NCBI GenBank assembly: GCA_964508305.1
Contig: CAZDSX010000006.1
Span: 14,151 to 71,663, forward strand
DNA: 57,513 nt
Direction: 5' to 3'
DNA from: an uncultured Bacteriovorax sp.
GTDB lineage: Bacteria > Bdellovibrionota > UBA1018
This document shows positions 24,167 to 33,735 of the stretch, piece after piece. Made by a program: the position numbers and the translations under genes. Each line of letters starts with the position of its first letter. The first letter of the stretch is position 1. The notes under the pieces are model-generated. The model saw nothing but the letters and a program-made list of their open reading frames with translations, did no database searches and was not told the DNA's origin.

Positions 24167-24701
24167 TGGTGGCTCCTTTTTTCTGGTGGCGCTTGGCAAT
24201 CGCAACAGCGCCGACGATTCCCGCAAGAAGCAGCACCGAGGTCAGCTCAAACGGCAGGATGTACTGGGAAAACATGAGCTCTGAGATCACCTGGGTGTTT
24301 CCGCCGGCCTGTGCAATTGCTTCCGGCGTATGGACACCCGGAGCAGAGACGGCGGGCATCTCCTTGAATGACTTGGTGAGGAAGGCAAAGAGACCGAGGG
24401 CGATTGCAGCAGCAGTCGCCTTCATCCAGCCCGGAGTGCGGCCCAGGTCCAGCGAGGGAGTGTCCGTGCTGAGGAGCATGATCACGAAGATGAACAGAAC
24501 CATGATCGCGCCGGCATAAACGAGGATTTGGAGGGCGGCGATCAGGTGTGCGTCCAGCGACGCGTAAATCCCTGCAAACGCAAAAAAGACCATCACCAGG
24601 CTGAACGCGCTTGAGACGGGATTCTTGCGGAGGATCGTCATGATGGAGAATGCGAGGGCCAAGCCCGCAAAAATGTAGAAGGCCGCGGGACTCATGCTCA
24701 C
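24147..24701 (-). CDS. nuoJ: NADH-quinone oxidoreductase subunit J
   Basis: NPVSSA, LQILVYAGAIMVLFIFVIML, PFELTSVLLL. Confidence 0.96.
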   Translation of the reverse strand: MSMSPAAFYIFAGLALAFSIMTILRKNPVSSAFSLVMVFFAFAGIYASLDAHLIAALQILVYAGAIMVLFIFVIMLLSTDTPSLDLGRTPGWMKATAAAIALGLFAFLTKSFKEMPAVSAPGVHTPEAIAQAGGNTQVISELMFSQYILPFELTSVLLLAGIVGAVAIAKRHQKKGATNAAAGR

Positions 24702-25141
24702 TTGTGACCCCTCTGCTCCATGAGAGCTTTCTTGTCGTAGGCCTCGCGCTCTGCCAGGCTCATTTCATAGATGTTGCTGAGCTTGATGGCATCCTTTGGA
24801 CACGCCTCTTCGCACATTCCGCAAAAACAGCAGCGAAGCACGTCGATCTCGAACTTGACCGGGTACTTTTCCTTATCCTCGCGCTCGCCGGCCTCGATGT
24901 GAATGCACTCTGCCGGGCAGACGGTGGGGCAAAGCATGCATGCCGTGCAGTTTTCAACCCCGTTGACCGACTTGATGTAGTGCATGCCTCGGAAACGATC
25001 CGAATAGTTCCGGCGCTCCTCGGGGTACTGGATCGTGACCGTCTTGCCGAATAGAAACTGGCGCATCGTCATCAGCAGTCCCTTGACCACTTCGACGATA
25101 TAAAGGCGCTGGAACAATCCCGGCTTGGCTTTGACGAGCAT
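24698..25141 (-). CDS. nuoI: NADH-quinone oxidoreductase subunit I
   Basis: TIQYPEE...RFRG; two 4Fe-4S motifs, CTACMLCPTVCP and CCFCGMCEEACP. Confidence 0.96.
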   Translation of the reverse strand: MLVKAKPGLFQRLYIVEVVKGLLMTMRQFLFGKTVTIQYPEERRNYSDRFRGMHYIKSVNGVENCTACMLCPTVCPAECIHIEAGEREDKEKYPVKFEIDVLRCCFCGMCEEACPKDAIKLSNIYEMSLAEREAYDKKALMEQRGHK

Positions 25142-25144
25142 GGC

Positions 25145-26278
25145 TTAAATCACTCCGTAGTAGATCAGGAATCCGGTTGCGAAAATGTTGACCAGCGAAA
25201 GCGGAAGCATCACCTTCCAGCCCAGGTCCATCAGCTGGTCATAGCGGAAGCGCGGCAGCGTCCAACGAACCCAGACATACAGCCACAGGAAAAACACGGT
25301 CTTGAGCGTGAACGAGCCGATCTCGAAGAGCACCCGCACGATGTCCGATCCGATCGTCGGCAGGCTTAGTGACTGGACCAGGAGGTCGTGGAGCTGGGGA
25401 AGTCCGGGCAGCATCTGCCAGCCGCCAAAAAACAGCGTCGCGGTCAGGGCGGAGGCCACCGCCATGTTGATGTACTCAGCCATCATGAATACGCCAAACT
25501 GCATGGTTCCATATTCAAGGTGGTAGCCCGCGACGATCTCAGACTCGCCCTCGGGAAGGTCGAAGGGAAGGCGGTTCGTCTCGGCATAGGCCGAAGTCAG
25601 GAAGATGATGAAGCCCAGCGGCTGGAGGAAAATCCCCCAGCGCGGAATCGCCACCGGGCCAAGCTGCAAGAGCGTCTCGCCCTGCTGGCGAACGATATCC
25701 CCGAGCCTGACGCTCGAAAAAATCATGAGAATTCCGATGATGGAGAGGCCGAGCGAAAGCTCGTAGCTGATCATCTGGGCGGTGCTTCGAAGCGATCCCA
25801 GGAGTGCGTACTTATTATTCGAGGACCAGCCCGCCATGATGATCCCGTAAACCCCCAGGGAGGCGATCGAGAAGATATAGAGCATGCCCACATTCAGGTC
25901 TGCGATCTGGAAGTTGATGGTGAGCGACCCCAGGGAAAGGGAGCTGCCAAACGGTATCACGGCAAAGGTCATGAAAGCCGGGATCAAGGACACGATTGGA
26001 GCAACTACATAATAGAAGCGAGAGACGTGCGCAGGGGGCATGTCTTCCTTGAAGACCATCTTGATTCCATCGGCGATCCCCTGAAGCAACCCAAACGGGC
26101 CAATTCGGTTGGGGCCGAGGCGATTCTGCATCAGCGCCGAGCCGCGCCGCTCCACCCACACCATCAGCGGCACAACCTGGAGGAGGGTGACGCCCACCAC
26201 CACGCACTTGACGATGGTCACGGCCAGCGGAAGCCAGGCTGAGTTTTGGTCGATGAACTGGGTGATCGTTTCAAACAT
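25145..26278 (-). CDS. nuoH: NADH-quinone oxidoreductase subunit H
   Basis: ERRGSALMQNRLGP, QGIADGIKMVFKE, AQMISYE, ETNRLPFDLPEGESE, RFRYDQL; start set at MFETITQ. Confidence 0.97.
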   Translation of the reverse strand: MFETITQFIDQNSAWLPLAVTIVKCVVVGVTLLQVVPLMVWVERRGSALMQNRLGPNRIGPFGLLQGIADGIKMVFKEDMPPAHVSRFYYVVAPIVSLIPAFMTFAVIPFGSSLSLGSLTINFQIADLNVGMLYIFSIASLGVYGIIMAGWSSNNKYALLGSLRSTAQMISYELSLGLSIIGILMIFSSVRLGDIVRQQGETLLQLGPVAIPRWGIFLQPLGFIIFLTSAYAETNRLPFDLPEGESEIVAGYHLEYGTMQFGVFMMAEYINMAVASALTATLFFGGWQMLPGLPQLHDLLVQSLSLPTIGSDIVRVLFEIGSFTLKTVFFLWLYVWVRWTLPRFRYDQLMDLGWKVMLPLSLVNIFATGFLIYYGVI

Positions 26279-26292
26279 TTGCTCGTGCCGCC

Positions 26293-27729
26293 TTAGTAGT
26301 TCGCCCACATCATGAACAGTTCAGAGAGGCTCTTGCACTCCCTTGGGGGCGCAACAGCCCGGCGAAATTTCTGCTCTGTTCCCTGGAAATTCACCACCGT
26401 GCCGTCCTTTTCCGCAAACGCCTGTCCGGGCAGGACCGCAGCAAAGGCGGCGCCCTCGTCGCGCTTGAATACGCCGACCCCAAAAACGGGGAGGCCACCC
26501 AGGGCGCCTGGTGCCGGCAGCGTGGCTCGGCCCCCTCGAATGATGAGCACGGCCTGTGATCCCTGGGGGATGCCCACAAAAGGCCTGACCCCAAGCTTTT
26601 CCACTCCGTGGAGGTTGGCTGTCTTGCTCTTCCTCTTCAGCAGGGCGTCGGCGGCGGCATCTTCGGCGCCGCTCGTGATGCCTGCCGTACCAAAATGGAA
26701 AAGAGCCGCGTCACCCAAAAGCCTGGGGGCCGCCTCTTGGACGAGCCTGATTTCCTCCTGCGTAAGGTCTGAACCGAGGAGGACGGCAACCTTCTTGCCC
26801 TTGAGCTGGTCGCGCGTGGAGAGGAGGGCCTCCTTCCATGTGGACATCTTCAGGGCACCATCCTGGCGGAGCGCGGGCTCGGTTACGCGCTCGGACTCAT
26901 GGATATAATGGTAGTTGAAGCGACCCTCATCGCATATCCAGTGCTTGTTGATCTCCATGTTCGTCACCGGGATCGTCCGATAAACGACATTGGCCTCGTG
27001 CTGCAGCTCAATATTGCATCCGCGCGAGCACCCCTCGCAGACGGTCTGTGTCTTCTTGAGGAACCAGGCACGCTTCCTGAAGCGGAAGTCCTTCAGGGTC
27101 AACGAACCCGTCGGACAGATGTCTGCGTAATTTCCCGCGTACTCTGTCTCAAGCGCGCGGCCGTCAATGGTCGTGATCTCGGTGTTGTTGCCTCGCTGGA
27201 TTGCGACCATCTCGCGGATGCCTGCCACCTCGTCCCCGAAGCGAATGCACCTCGTGCAGTGGATGCATCGATTCATGTTCTTCTGGATGACGGGGCCCAT
27301 GTCGAGATCCACGTAGGTCCTGCGCTCTTCGGTCGTGCGCATATAGGCGTCGCCGTGCTTGAAAGAGTTGTCCTGCAAGTCGCACTCTCCGGACTTATCG
27401 CACACCGGGCAGTCCAGCGGATGGTTGACGAGGAGGAACTCCATCACTGACTTCTGGTTCTGGGTCACCTTGTCGGTCTTGACCTTGACCTGCATCCCCT
27501 CTGCGGGCGGGGTTGAGCAGGCCGTCTGCAGCTTCGGCATCATCTGGATGTTTCCATCCTTGCCCGGCATCCCCACCTCGACCGCGCACATGCGGCACTG
27601 TGCGACCACCGAGAGTCCCGGGTGGTAGCAAAAGTATGGGATTTCGACCCCGGCACGCTTGGCCACATCAATCAGGTTCTCACCCGGCTTGAACTCGACC
27701 TCGCGGCCTTCAATCATGCACTTGGCCAT
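26293..27729 (-). CDS. nuoG: NADH-quinone oxidoreductase subunit G (short form)
   Basis: FCYHPGLSVVAQCRMC, HPLDCPVCDKSGECDLQ, RCIHCTRCIRF, CPTGSL, CEGCSRGC...WICDEGR; only 478 aa. Confidence 0.93.
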   Translation of the reverse strand: MAKCMIEGREVEFKPGENLIDVAKRAGVEIPYFCYHPGLSVVAQCRMCAVEVGMPGKDGNIQMMPKLQTACSTPPAEGMQVKVKTDKVTQNQKSVMEFLLVNHPLDCPVCDKSGECDLQDNSFKHGDAYMRTTEERRTYVDLDMGPVIQKNMNRCIHCTRCIRFGDEVAGIREMVAIQRGNNTEITTIDGRALETEYAGNYADICPTGSLTLKDFRFRKRAWFLKKTQTVCEGCSRGCNIELQHEANVVYRTIPVTNMEINKHWICDEGRFNYHYIHESERVTEPALRQDGALKMSTWKEALLSTRDQLKGKKVAVLLGSDLTQEEIRLVQEAAPRLLGDAALFHFGTAGITSGAEDAAADALLKRKSKTANLHGVEKLGVRPFVGIPQGSQAVLIIRGGRATLPAPGALGGLPVFGVGVFKRDEGAAFAAVLPGQAFAEKDGTVVNFQGTEQKFRRAVAPPRECKSLSELFMMWANY

Positions 27730-28988
27730 TTTCCACCTCGAATGCGCGCTTCAAAGTCAGCGCGGAATTTTTTTACGAAGCTTGCGACCGGTCCAGCTGC
27801 GGCGTCCCCAAGGGCACAAAGTGTCTTGCCGCCAATGTTGTCGGCAATATCGAGGAGCAGGTTCAGGTCCTGCTCCCGCCCGTGTCCGTCTTCGATCCGA
27901 TGGAGGATGTCCTCCATCCACTTGCACCCCTCCCGGCAGGGCGTGCACTGCCCGCACGACTCATGGGCATAGAATTTGGTGATCCGCTTGATCAGTCGGA
28001 TGATGTCGTAATCCTCGCTCACCACCATCAGTGCCGCTGAGCCAAGCATCGTCCCAATCTTCATGAGTGGGTCAATGTCATAGATCACGTCGATTTCGTC
28101 GGCTGTCAGCACCGGCGCAGACGAGCCGCCGGGAATCACTGCCTTGAGCTTCTTGTCGCCAAGGACACCGCCGCAAATATCATAGATGATCTGGCGGATC
28201 GTATACGCCCCGGCCGGCAGCTCATAGACCCCGGGCTTCTTGACGTGACCCGAAACAGAAACGAGCCGCGTGCCGCCGGACTTCTCAATCTTTCCGAGCT
28301 TGGAGAACCAGTCGCCGCCGCGGTTGACGATATGGGGGACGGCGGCGAGGGTCTCAACGTTGTTGACGATCGTCGGGCCGGCGAAGGCTCCCGATTGGGC
28401 GGGAAACGGCGGCTTCACCCGCGGCTCCCCACGCTTGCCCTCGAGGGAGTTGAGGAGGGCGGTTTCCTCGCCGCAAATATAGGCGCCTGCGCCTCTGTGG
28501 ACGGTCAAGTCGAAGTCAAACCCGCTGCCCATGATGTTCTTGCCAAGGTAGCCCTTGGCGTAGGCTTCATCGATCGCCGAATTCAGGATCTTGGCTTCGC
28601 GCGTGTACTCACCGCGGATGTAGATGTACCCATGGTGGGCGCCGATGGCAAAGCCGCCAATGACCATGCCCTCAATCAAAAGATGCGGGGTGTACCGCAT
28701 GATGTCGCGGTCCTTGAAAGTGCCCGGCTCCGACTCGTCGGCGTTGCAAACCAGGTACTTCGGCTTGGCGCTCTGCTTTGGTATGAAGCCCCACTTCACA
28801 CCCGTCGGGAATCCGGCTCCACCGCGACCACGCAGGTTGGACTTCTTCATCTCGTCGATGATCGCGTCCTGGGACATTCCGAACGCCTTCTTGGCGGCCG
28901 TGTAACCGGCCATCTTTGAAAGGTAGTACTCGAGGGGGCGGGCCCCGTCATTGTGGTGCTGGATGAAGATCGTCTCGGTCTGGGACAT
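27714..28988 (-). CDS. nuoF: NADH-quinone oxidoreductase subunit F
   Basis: GRGGAGFPTGVKW, NADESEPGTFKDR, GAGAYICGEETAL, CGQCTPCREG. Confidence 0.98.
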   Translation of the reverse strand: MSQTETIFIQHHNDGARPLEYYLSKMAGYTAAKKAFGMSQDAIIDEMKKSNLRGRGGAGFPTGVKWGFIPKQSAKPKYLVCNADESEPGTFKDRDIMRYTPHLLIEGMVIGGFAIGAHHGYIYIRGEYTREAKILNSAIDEAYAKGYLGKNIMGSGFDFDLTVHRGAGAYICGEETALLNSLEGKRGEPRVKPPFPAQSGAFAGPTIVNNVETLAAVPHIVNRGGDWFSKLGKIEKSGGTRLVSVSGHVKKPGVYELPAGAYTIRQIIYDICGGVLGDKKLKAVIPGGSSAPVLTADEIDVIYDIDPLMKIGTMLGSAALMVVSEDYDIIRLIKRITKFYAHESCGQCTPCREGCKWMEDILHRIEDGHGREQDLNLLLDIADNIGGKTLCALGDAAAGPVASFVKKFRADFEARIRGGKWPSA

Positions 28989-29010
28989 GGGTCTTTTTCC
29001 TTGTTCGATC

Positions 29011-29496
29011 TCAGTGGCCCTTGCCCGAAAGTCCGTCGATCAGCTGATCTACGCCCTGCTGGGTAAGGTTCTCGTGGTAATCATCATTGAGCATCATGGC
29101 GGGCGCGGTGCCGCACGCGCCAAGGCACTCTTCTTCTGCCAGGGTGAATTTTCGGTCGGGAGTGGTTTCGCCGCACTTGATTCCGAGCTTCTTTTCCAGA
29201 TGCTCGACCAACTCATCGGCGCCGCGAAGGCAGCACGCCACGTTCGTGCAAACCTTGATGTGGTACTTGCCCACGGGCTTGAGGTTGTACATCGTGTAGA
29301 AGCTGGCCACTTCGCGCACCTGTGCGGGGTGGATCCCGATGTATTCTCCGATTTCCGCCAGCACTTCCTTCGGAAGCCAGCCATACTCTTCCTGTGCGGC
29401 ATGCAGGGCGGGCAACAGCAGCGCGACCTTGGTCGGATAGCGCGGCTCGAGCTTCTTCATTGCGTCGTAGAACTTCTGTGAAAGCTGCTTTGACAT
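29011..29496 (-). CDS. nuoE: NADH-quinone oxidoreductase subunit E
   Basis: VASFYTMY, CTNVACCLRG, ECLGACG 2Fe-2S ligands; start set at MSKQLSQ. Confidence 0.96.
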   Translation of the reverse strand: MSKQLSQKFYDAMKKLEPRYPTKVALLLPALHAAQEEYGWLPKEVLAEIGEYIGIHPAQVREVASFYTMYNLKPVGKYHIKVCTNVACCLRGADELVEHLEKKLGIKCGETTPDRKFTLAEEECLGACGTAPAMMLNDDYHENLTQQGVDQLIDGLSGKGH

Positions 29497-29498
29497 AA

Positions 29499-30767
29499 TC
29501 AGCGGTCGAGCTCCCCTGCGATGATGTTGATTGAGCCGAGGTTTGCGACCATGTCGGCGAGCTTGGCCCCCTGGGACATTTCGCTGAGGCCCTGGTAGTG
29601 CCACACGGACGGTCCGCGGATCCTCATTCGGTGTGCCCGCGATGCCCCCTTGCTCACGATGTAGAAACCGAGCTCTCCGTTGCTTGCCTCAAAAGTCGTG
29701 TAGGCCTCGCCAGCCGGGACGTCGAATCCGGTCATGAAGAACTTGAAGTGATGGATCAGTCCCTCCATCGTGTTGAACACGACGTCCTTGTCCGGAATGC
29801 GAACGCGCTTGTCCTCCGCCCAGATGGGTCCGGGCTGCAGGCGATCGGCGCACTGGGCGATGATATTGAGGGACTGGAAGATCTCGGCCATTCGGACAAG
29901 GTAACGGTCGAAGACATCGCCGTTCTTGCCAACAGGAACATCAAACTCGACGTTCTTGTAGAACATGACTGGCTGATCGCGCCTGAGGTCCCGGTCAATG
30001 CCCGACGCCCTTGCGGACGGCCCGGAGTAGCTGTAGCGCATGCACTGCTCGCGCGTGAACACCCCCACCCCCTGCGTGCGCTGGCACCAAATCCGGTTAT
30101 TGGTGAGAAGCTTGTCCATTTCCTGCACGGTCTTGCGAGTCCGAAGGACCCAATCCTTGACCTCCTTTTCCCATCCGGGGGGAGCGTCGTGCATCAGGCC
30201 GCCGATTCGCGTGTAGGAAGTCGTGAGCCGAGCACCGCAAAGCTTCTCGATGAGCGTGTAGGCCTCTTCCCGCTGGTGGAACCCATACAAAAAGAAGGAA
30301 AACGCGCCCAGGTCGACTGCGTTGATCCCCACGCAAATCAGGTGGTCGATCACACGCGCCATCTCGGCGCAAATCATCCGGATCCAAACCGCGCGGGTGG
30401 GGACTTCGATTCCCATGAGGCGCTCGACCGACATGGCATAGGTGACGTTGTTGATCAGCGCTGAACAATAGTTCAGGCGATCCGTGTACACGATGAAGTT
30501 GTGGTAGGTGCGGTTTTCCCCGAGCTTTTCCTTGGCCCGGTGGGTGTATCCAAACTCACAGTAGGACTTTTCGATGGTCTCGCCGTTCATCCTGGCACAC
30601 ATGCGGAGCGCGCCGTGCATGGCAGGATGCGTGGGCCCGATGTTCACATAGACCCGGGAGTCCTTCCAGAGATCATCTGGATCACTCTCGTGGGGAACAT
30701 CGACTGTGATCGAGTAGTTCTCGGACTCGGGCAGGCCAAACTCGCGATGATTTACCGGTTTTTCCAT
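29499..30767 (-). CDS. nuoD: NADH-quinone oxidoreductase subunit D
   Basis: GPTHPAMHGALR, DRLNY, EASNGELG, GSINIIAGELDR. Confidence 0.97.
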   Translation of the reverse strand: MEKPVNHREFGLPESENYSITVDVPHESDPDDLWKDSRVYVNIGPTHPAMHGALRMCARMNGETIEKSYCEFGYTHRAKEKLGENRTYHNFIVYTDRLNYCSALINNVTYAMSVERLMGIEVPTRAVWIRMICAEMARVIDHLICVGINAVDLGAFSFFLYGFHQREEAYTLIEKLCGARLTTSYTRIGGLMHDAPPGWEKEVKDWVLRTRKTVQEMDKLLTNNRIWCQRTQGVGVFTREQCMRYSYSGPSARASGIDRDLRRDQPVMFYKNVEFDVPVGKNGDVFDRYLVRMAEIFQSLNIIAQCADRLQPGPIWAEDKRVRIPDKDVVFNTMEGLIHHFKFFMTGFDVPAGEAYTTFEASNGELGFYIVSKGASRAHRMRIRGPSVWHYQGLSEMSQGAKLADMVANLGSINIIAGELDR

Positions 30768-30770
30768 TTC

Positions 30771-31340
30771 TCAGTCCTTGAGCAGGTCGACGTTGATCGG
30801 CATGGCATCCGGGAAGAGCTGGTAGCCGCGAAGCGGGTAGTCCTTGCGGAGCGGGTGCCCCACCCATCGCTCATCCATGAGGATGCGTCGCAGGTCCGGG
30901 TGGCCCTCGAACTTCACTCCAAACATGTCCCAGACCTCACGCTCCGGCCAGTTGGCGCCGTCCCAGACTCCCGTAACCGAGGGAACAGGCTTGCCCTCGT
31001 TCACCTGGACCTTGAAGCGGATGCGCGCACCCGTGGAAAATGACGTCAGGTTGTAGACCACCTCAAATCGCGGCTCTACTTCCTCGTCCGTAGCCGTGAT
31101 GTCGGAGAGGAAGGCATATTCAAAGCCTTCAGACTCCTTTGCAAAGCGCAGCACCTCTACGATTGCCGCGGCCTCAACGTAAACCACCGGAACATCAACG
31201 GGATGCTCTCCGGGCCAGCGGATCTCGGTGATCTTGGAGCCGAACTGCGCCTCAAGCTTCTGGGACTGTTTCTTCCAAAGCTCGGCGTGTTTCTTGGCAA
31301 AATCGCCATAAATGGTCGGAACCGGCGTGCGAATATCCAT
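30771..31340 (-). CDS. nuoC: NADH-quinone oxidoreductase subunit C
   Basis: RFEVVYNL, WPEREVWDMFGVKFEGHPDLRRIL, GHPLRKDYP; TAATG overlap with the nuoB stop at 31340. Confidence 0.96.
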   Translation of the reverse strand: MDIRTPVPTIYGDFAKKHAELWKKQSQKLEAQFGSKITEIRWPGEHPVDVPVVYVEAAAIVEVLRFAKESEGFEYAFLSDITATDEEVEPRFEVVYNLTSFSTGARIRFKVQVNEGKPVPSVTGVWDGANWPEREVWDMFGVKFEGHPDLRRILMDERWVGHPLRKDYPLRGYQLFPDAMPINVDLLKD

Positions 31341-31843
31341 TAGACAGTGCCTCCGCGGGCTTCGCGCTCGCGGCGCTGGGAGTGCGTGTCTCCCTTTTGG
31401 ATCTTCTCCTGGAGCCTCATCAGGGCATGAAGCACGCCCTCGGGCGCCGGGGGACAACCAGGCACGTAGATATCGACCGGAACCACCGTGTCGATGCCCT
31501 GTGTGACGCTATAAACATTGAAGATGCCGCCCGAAGAGGCACAAGCCCCGAACGACATGACCCACTTGGGGTCAGCCATCTGGTCGTAGATATTGCGAAG
31601 CACCGGCGCCATCTTGGCATTCACGATTCCGGCAACGATCAGCAGGTCTGCCTGCCGCGGAGAAAACCGAATTGCCTCCGCGCCAAAGCGGGCCATATCG
31701 TAGTCAGAGCAAAGCGTGGCCATCATCTCGATCCCGCAGCAGCTCGTGCCGAAGGGAAGCGGCCAGAGCGCATTCTTTCGGCCCCAACTGATGAAGTCGT
31801 CCAAGCGGGTGGTCAAGAAACTTGAGGATCCGTCTTTTGCCAT
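31340..31843 (-). CDS. nuoB: NADH-quinone oxidoreductase subunit B
   Basis: [26 protein letters not shown]. Confidence 0.97.
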   Translation of the reverse strand: MAKDGSSSFLTTRLDDFISWGRKNALWPLPFGTSCCGIEMMATLCSDYDMARFGAEAIRFSPRQADLLIVAGIVNAKMAPVLRNIYDQMADPKWVMSFGACASSGGIFNVYSVTQGIDTVVPVDIYVPGCPPAPEGVLHALMRLQEKIQKGDTHSQRREREARGGTV

Positions 31844-31846
31844 AAT

Positions 31847-32206
31847 CTAATCCCACTCCAGCGCGCCCTTGCCCAGGACATAGAAGTAGCCCACGAGCAG
31901 GATTGCCACGAATACCGCCATCTCCACGAGGATGAAGGCGTTGATTGAAAGATACTTTTTGTAGACCACGGCCCACGGATAAAAGAAGAGCGCCTCTACG
32001 TCGAAGAGCAGGAAGAGGATGGCCACGAGGTAGAATCGCACGCTGAAGCGCTGGTGCGCATCGCCGACCGGATCCATCCCGCACTCAAAGGGCATGTTCT
32101 TTCGCTTGTTCGGGGACTTGGGTCCAAGCAGCGACGAAAGCAGAAGAGCGCCTCCGCCGATGGCTGCCCCAACGGCCATCAGGATCAAAACCGGTAAGTA
32201 GTCCAT
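31847..32206 (-). CDS. nuoA: NADH-quinone oxidoreductase subunit A
   Basis: PFECG, RFYLVAILFLLFDVE, YPWA; start set at MDYLPVL. Confidence 0.96.
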   Translation of the reverse strand: MDYLPVLILMAVGAAIGGGALLLSSLLGPKSPNKRKNMPFECGMDPVGDAHQRFSVRFYLVAILFLLFDVEALFFYPWAVVYKKYLSINAFILVEMAVFVAILLVGYFYVLGKGALEWD

Positions 32207-32243
32207 GGTGAAGGGTTTTATATCTCGGGCGGGAAACAGCGGG

Positions 32244-33725
32244 CTACCAGAAAATAAACCGGAGTGACTGACTCGCCCATCGAAGGAGTGCGTCCGCAAA
32301 AATTGGCGCAAGCACGAGGGGCACACCTAGACAAAAAAGGAACACGCGCTGTTCCAGGGCGGGGGCAGGAGGCTCACCGACCTCAGACATACTCTTTTCG
32401 CCAACAGGCAGAAGCAGCGCCAGGAGAAGACGACCTGCCGCCACTACCGTCAAGGTCATGGCGCCCAGCCCGAGCACGGCAAGCACATGCCACTCCCGGC
32501 GGACTGCCGCCCCGATGAGTGCAAACTTGCCAATGCTGCCGGCAAACGGAGGGAGCCCGAGCCAGGACACCGTGAAACAAAGGAGGGCTACGGCCTCCCA
32601 GGGGCGATCCCTCAGTGAGCCGCGCAGGCCCGAGAGCTCGGCCGTTCCGCTCCGGGCGACCCCAAGGCTCAGGACATACGAAACCCCGGCAAGCGAGACG
32701 AGGTCGACCACGAGGTTGAACAGGATTGCGGCGAGGCCGACTTCTTCAAGGATCAAGAGGCCGAGGAGCAGTAGCCCGGTCTGCGAGAGGGCCACACACG
32801 CAAGGAGACGCTTGGCATTTCCCTGCCTGACGGAAAGAAAAGCGGGCACCAGGAAGGAGAGCCCGGCACAAAACGCGACCCAAAGCGTCCAGTCCCACCC
32901 GCCCAGCGGCAGCCACTTTCCTGGATCCAGTGCCGCTTGCGAGAAGACGACGACCCAGAGTCGCGCGGCGACGGCAAATCCGGCCGCGCGAACCCCGGCG
33001 GCCAGGAACACACCGGCGGGTGAGGGCGCCCCCTGCAGTACGTCGATGGACCAAAGCTGGGACGGAAAAGCGACCATCGCCGAGGAGAGGCCCACAAAGA
33101 GGGTGGCAAAAACCGCGAGACAAAAGGCCGGCCCGGGAGGGGAGAGCACGAGTCGCTGGTGGACCTCGTAGATATTGGCGCTTCCCGTGTGGATGAAGAG
33201 CGCCATTGCTGCAAGGAGCAGGAACACGCCCGAGGTCGAGGCAACGCCAAGCCACTTCACAGCGGCTTCGGCAGACTGGTGGTGGCGCCGACCAAAGCCA
33301 GCCAGAAGGTATCCCACCAGTGATGCCGACTGGATGGAGAGCGCCGAGACAAAGAGGTTCGATGACTCCCCCGCAAGCATGAGTGCCAGCGCACCGACCA
33401 GCACCAGCGCGCAGAACTCGGCCCGGGAACCACCTTCAAGCTCCTCGCCCAGGCAGGCGGAGGAGACGACGACGGATGCCAGGAGCAGGAACACCAGCTT
33501 GAAATAAAGGCTGAAGCCGTCGAGCGAGAGCGCCCCTCCAAACAGCTGGACCGCACCCTGCTGGTAGCTCACGAGCGTCTGGATGAAGGCGCCGCCCAGT
33601 CCAAGGAGTGCCGTCGGAAGAATGAGCCTCACCCTCTCGCCGTGGTGTGCGCTCTCACTGAGCACGAGGCCAATCACGGTGGCCACGATGTAGATCTCCG
33701 GAAGAAGGAGTCCGAGGTCCTTCAT
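32244..33725 (-). CDS. divergent NuoN-like antiporter-type subunit (key charged residues largely substituted)
   Basis: EAAVKW, FPSQLWSIDVLQGAP, KRLLAC and LGLPPFAGSIGKF align with NuoN; LE>IQ, K>A, K>R. Confidence 0.85.
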   Translation of the reverse strand: MKDLGLLLPEIYIVATVIGLVLSESAHHGERVRLILPTALLGLGGAFIQTLVSYQQGAVQLFGGALSLDGFSLYFKLVFLLLASVVVSSACLGEELEGGSRAEFCALVLVGALALMLAGESSNLFVSALSIQSASLVGYLLAGFGRRHHQSAEAAVKWLGVASTSGVFLLLAAMALFIHTGSANIYEVHQRLVLSPPGPAFCLAVFATLFVGLSSAMVAFPSQLWSIDVLQGAPSPAGVFLAAGVRAAGFAVAARLWVVVFSQAALDPGKWLPLGGWDWTLWVAFCAGLSFLVPAFLSVRQGNAKRLLACVALSQTGLLLLGLLILEEVGLAAILFNLVVDLVSLAGVSYVLSLGVARSGTAELSGLRGSLRDRPWEAVALLCFTVSWLGLPPFAGSIGKFALIGAAVRREWHVLAVLGLGAMTLTVVAAGRLLLALLLPVGEKSMSEVGEPPAPALEQRVFLFCLGVPLVLAPIFADALLRWASQSLRFIFW

Positions 33726-33735
33726 GGCTCAGCTC

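Noticed and set aside
32207-32243. Dedicated promoter for canonical nuoA (TATAAA 10 nt before ATG)
   Set aside because: No recognisable -35 or extended -10, so it is not called; independent transcription remains unresolved.
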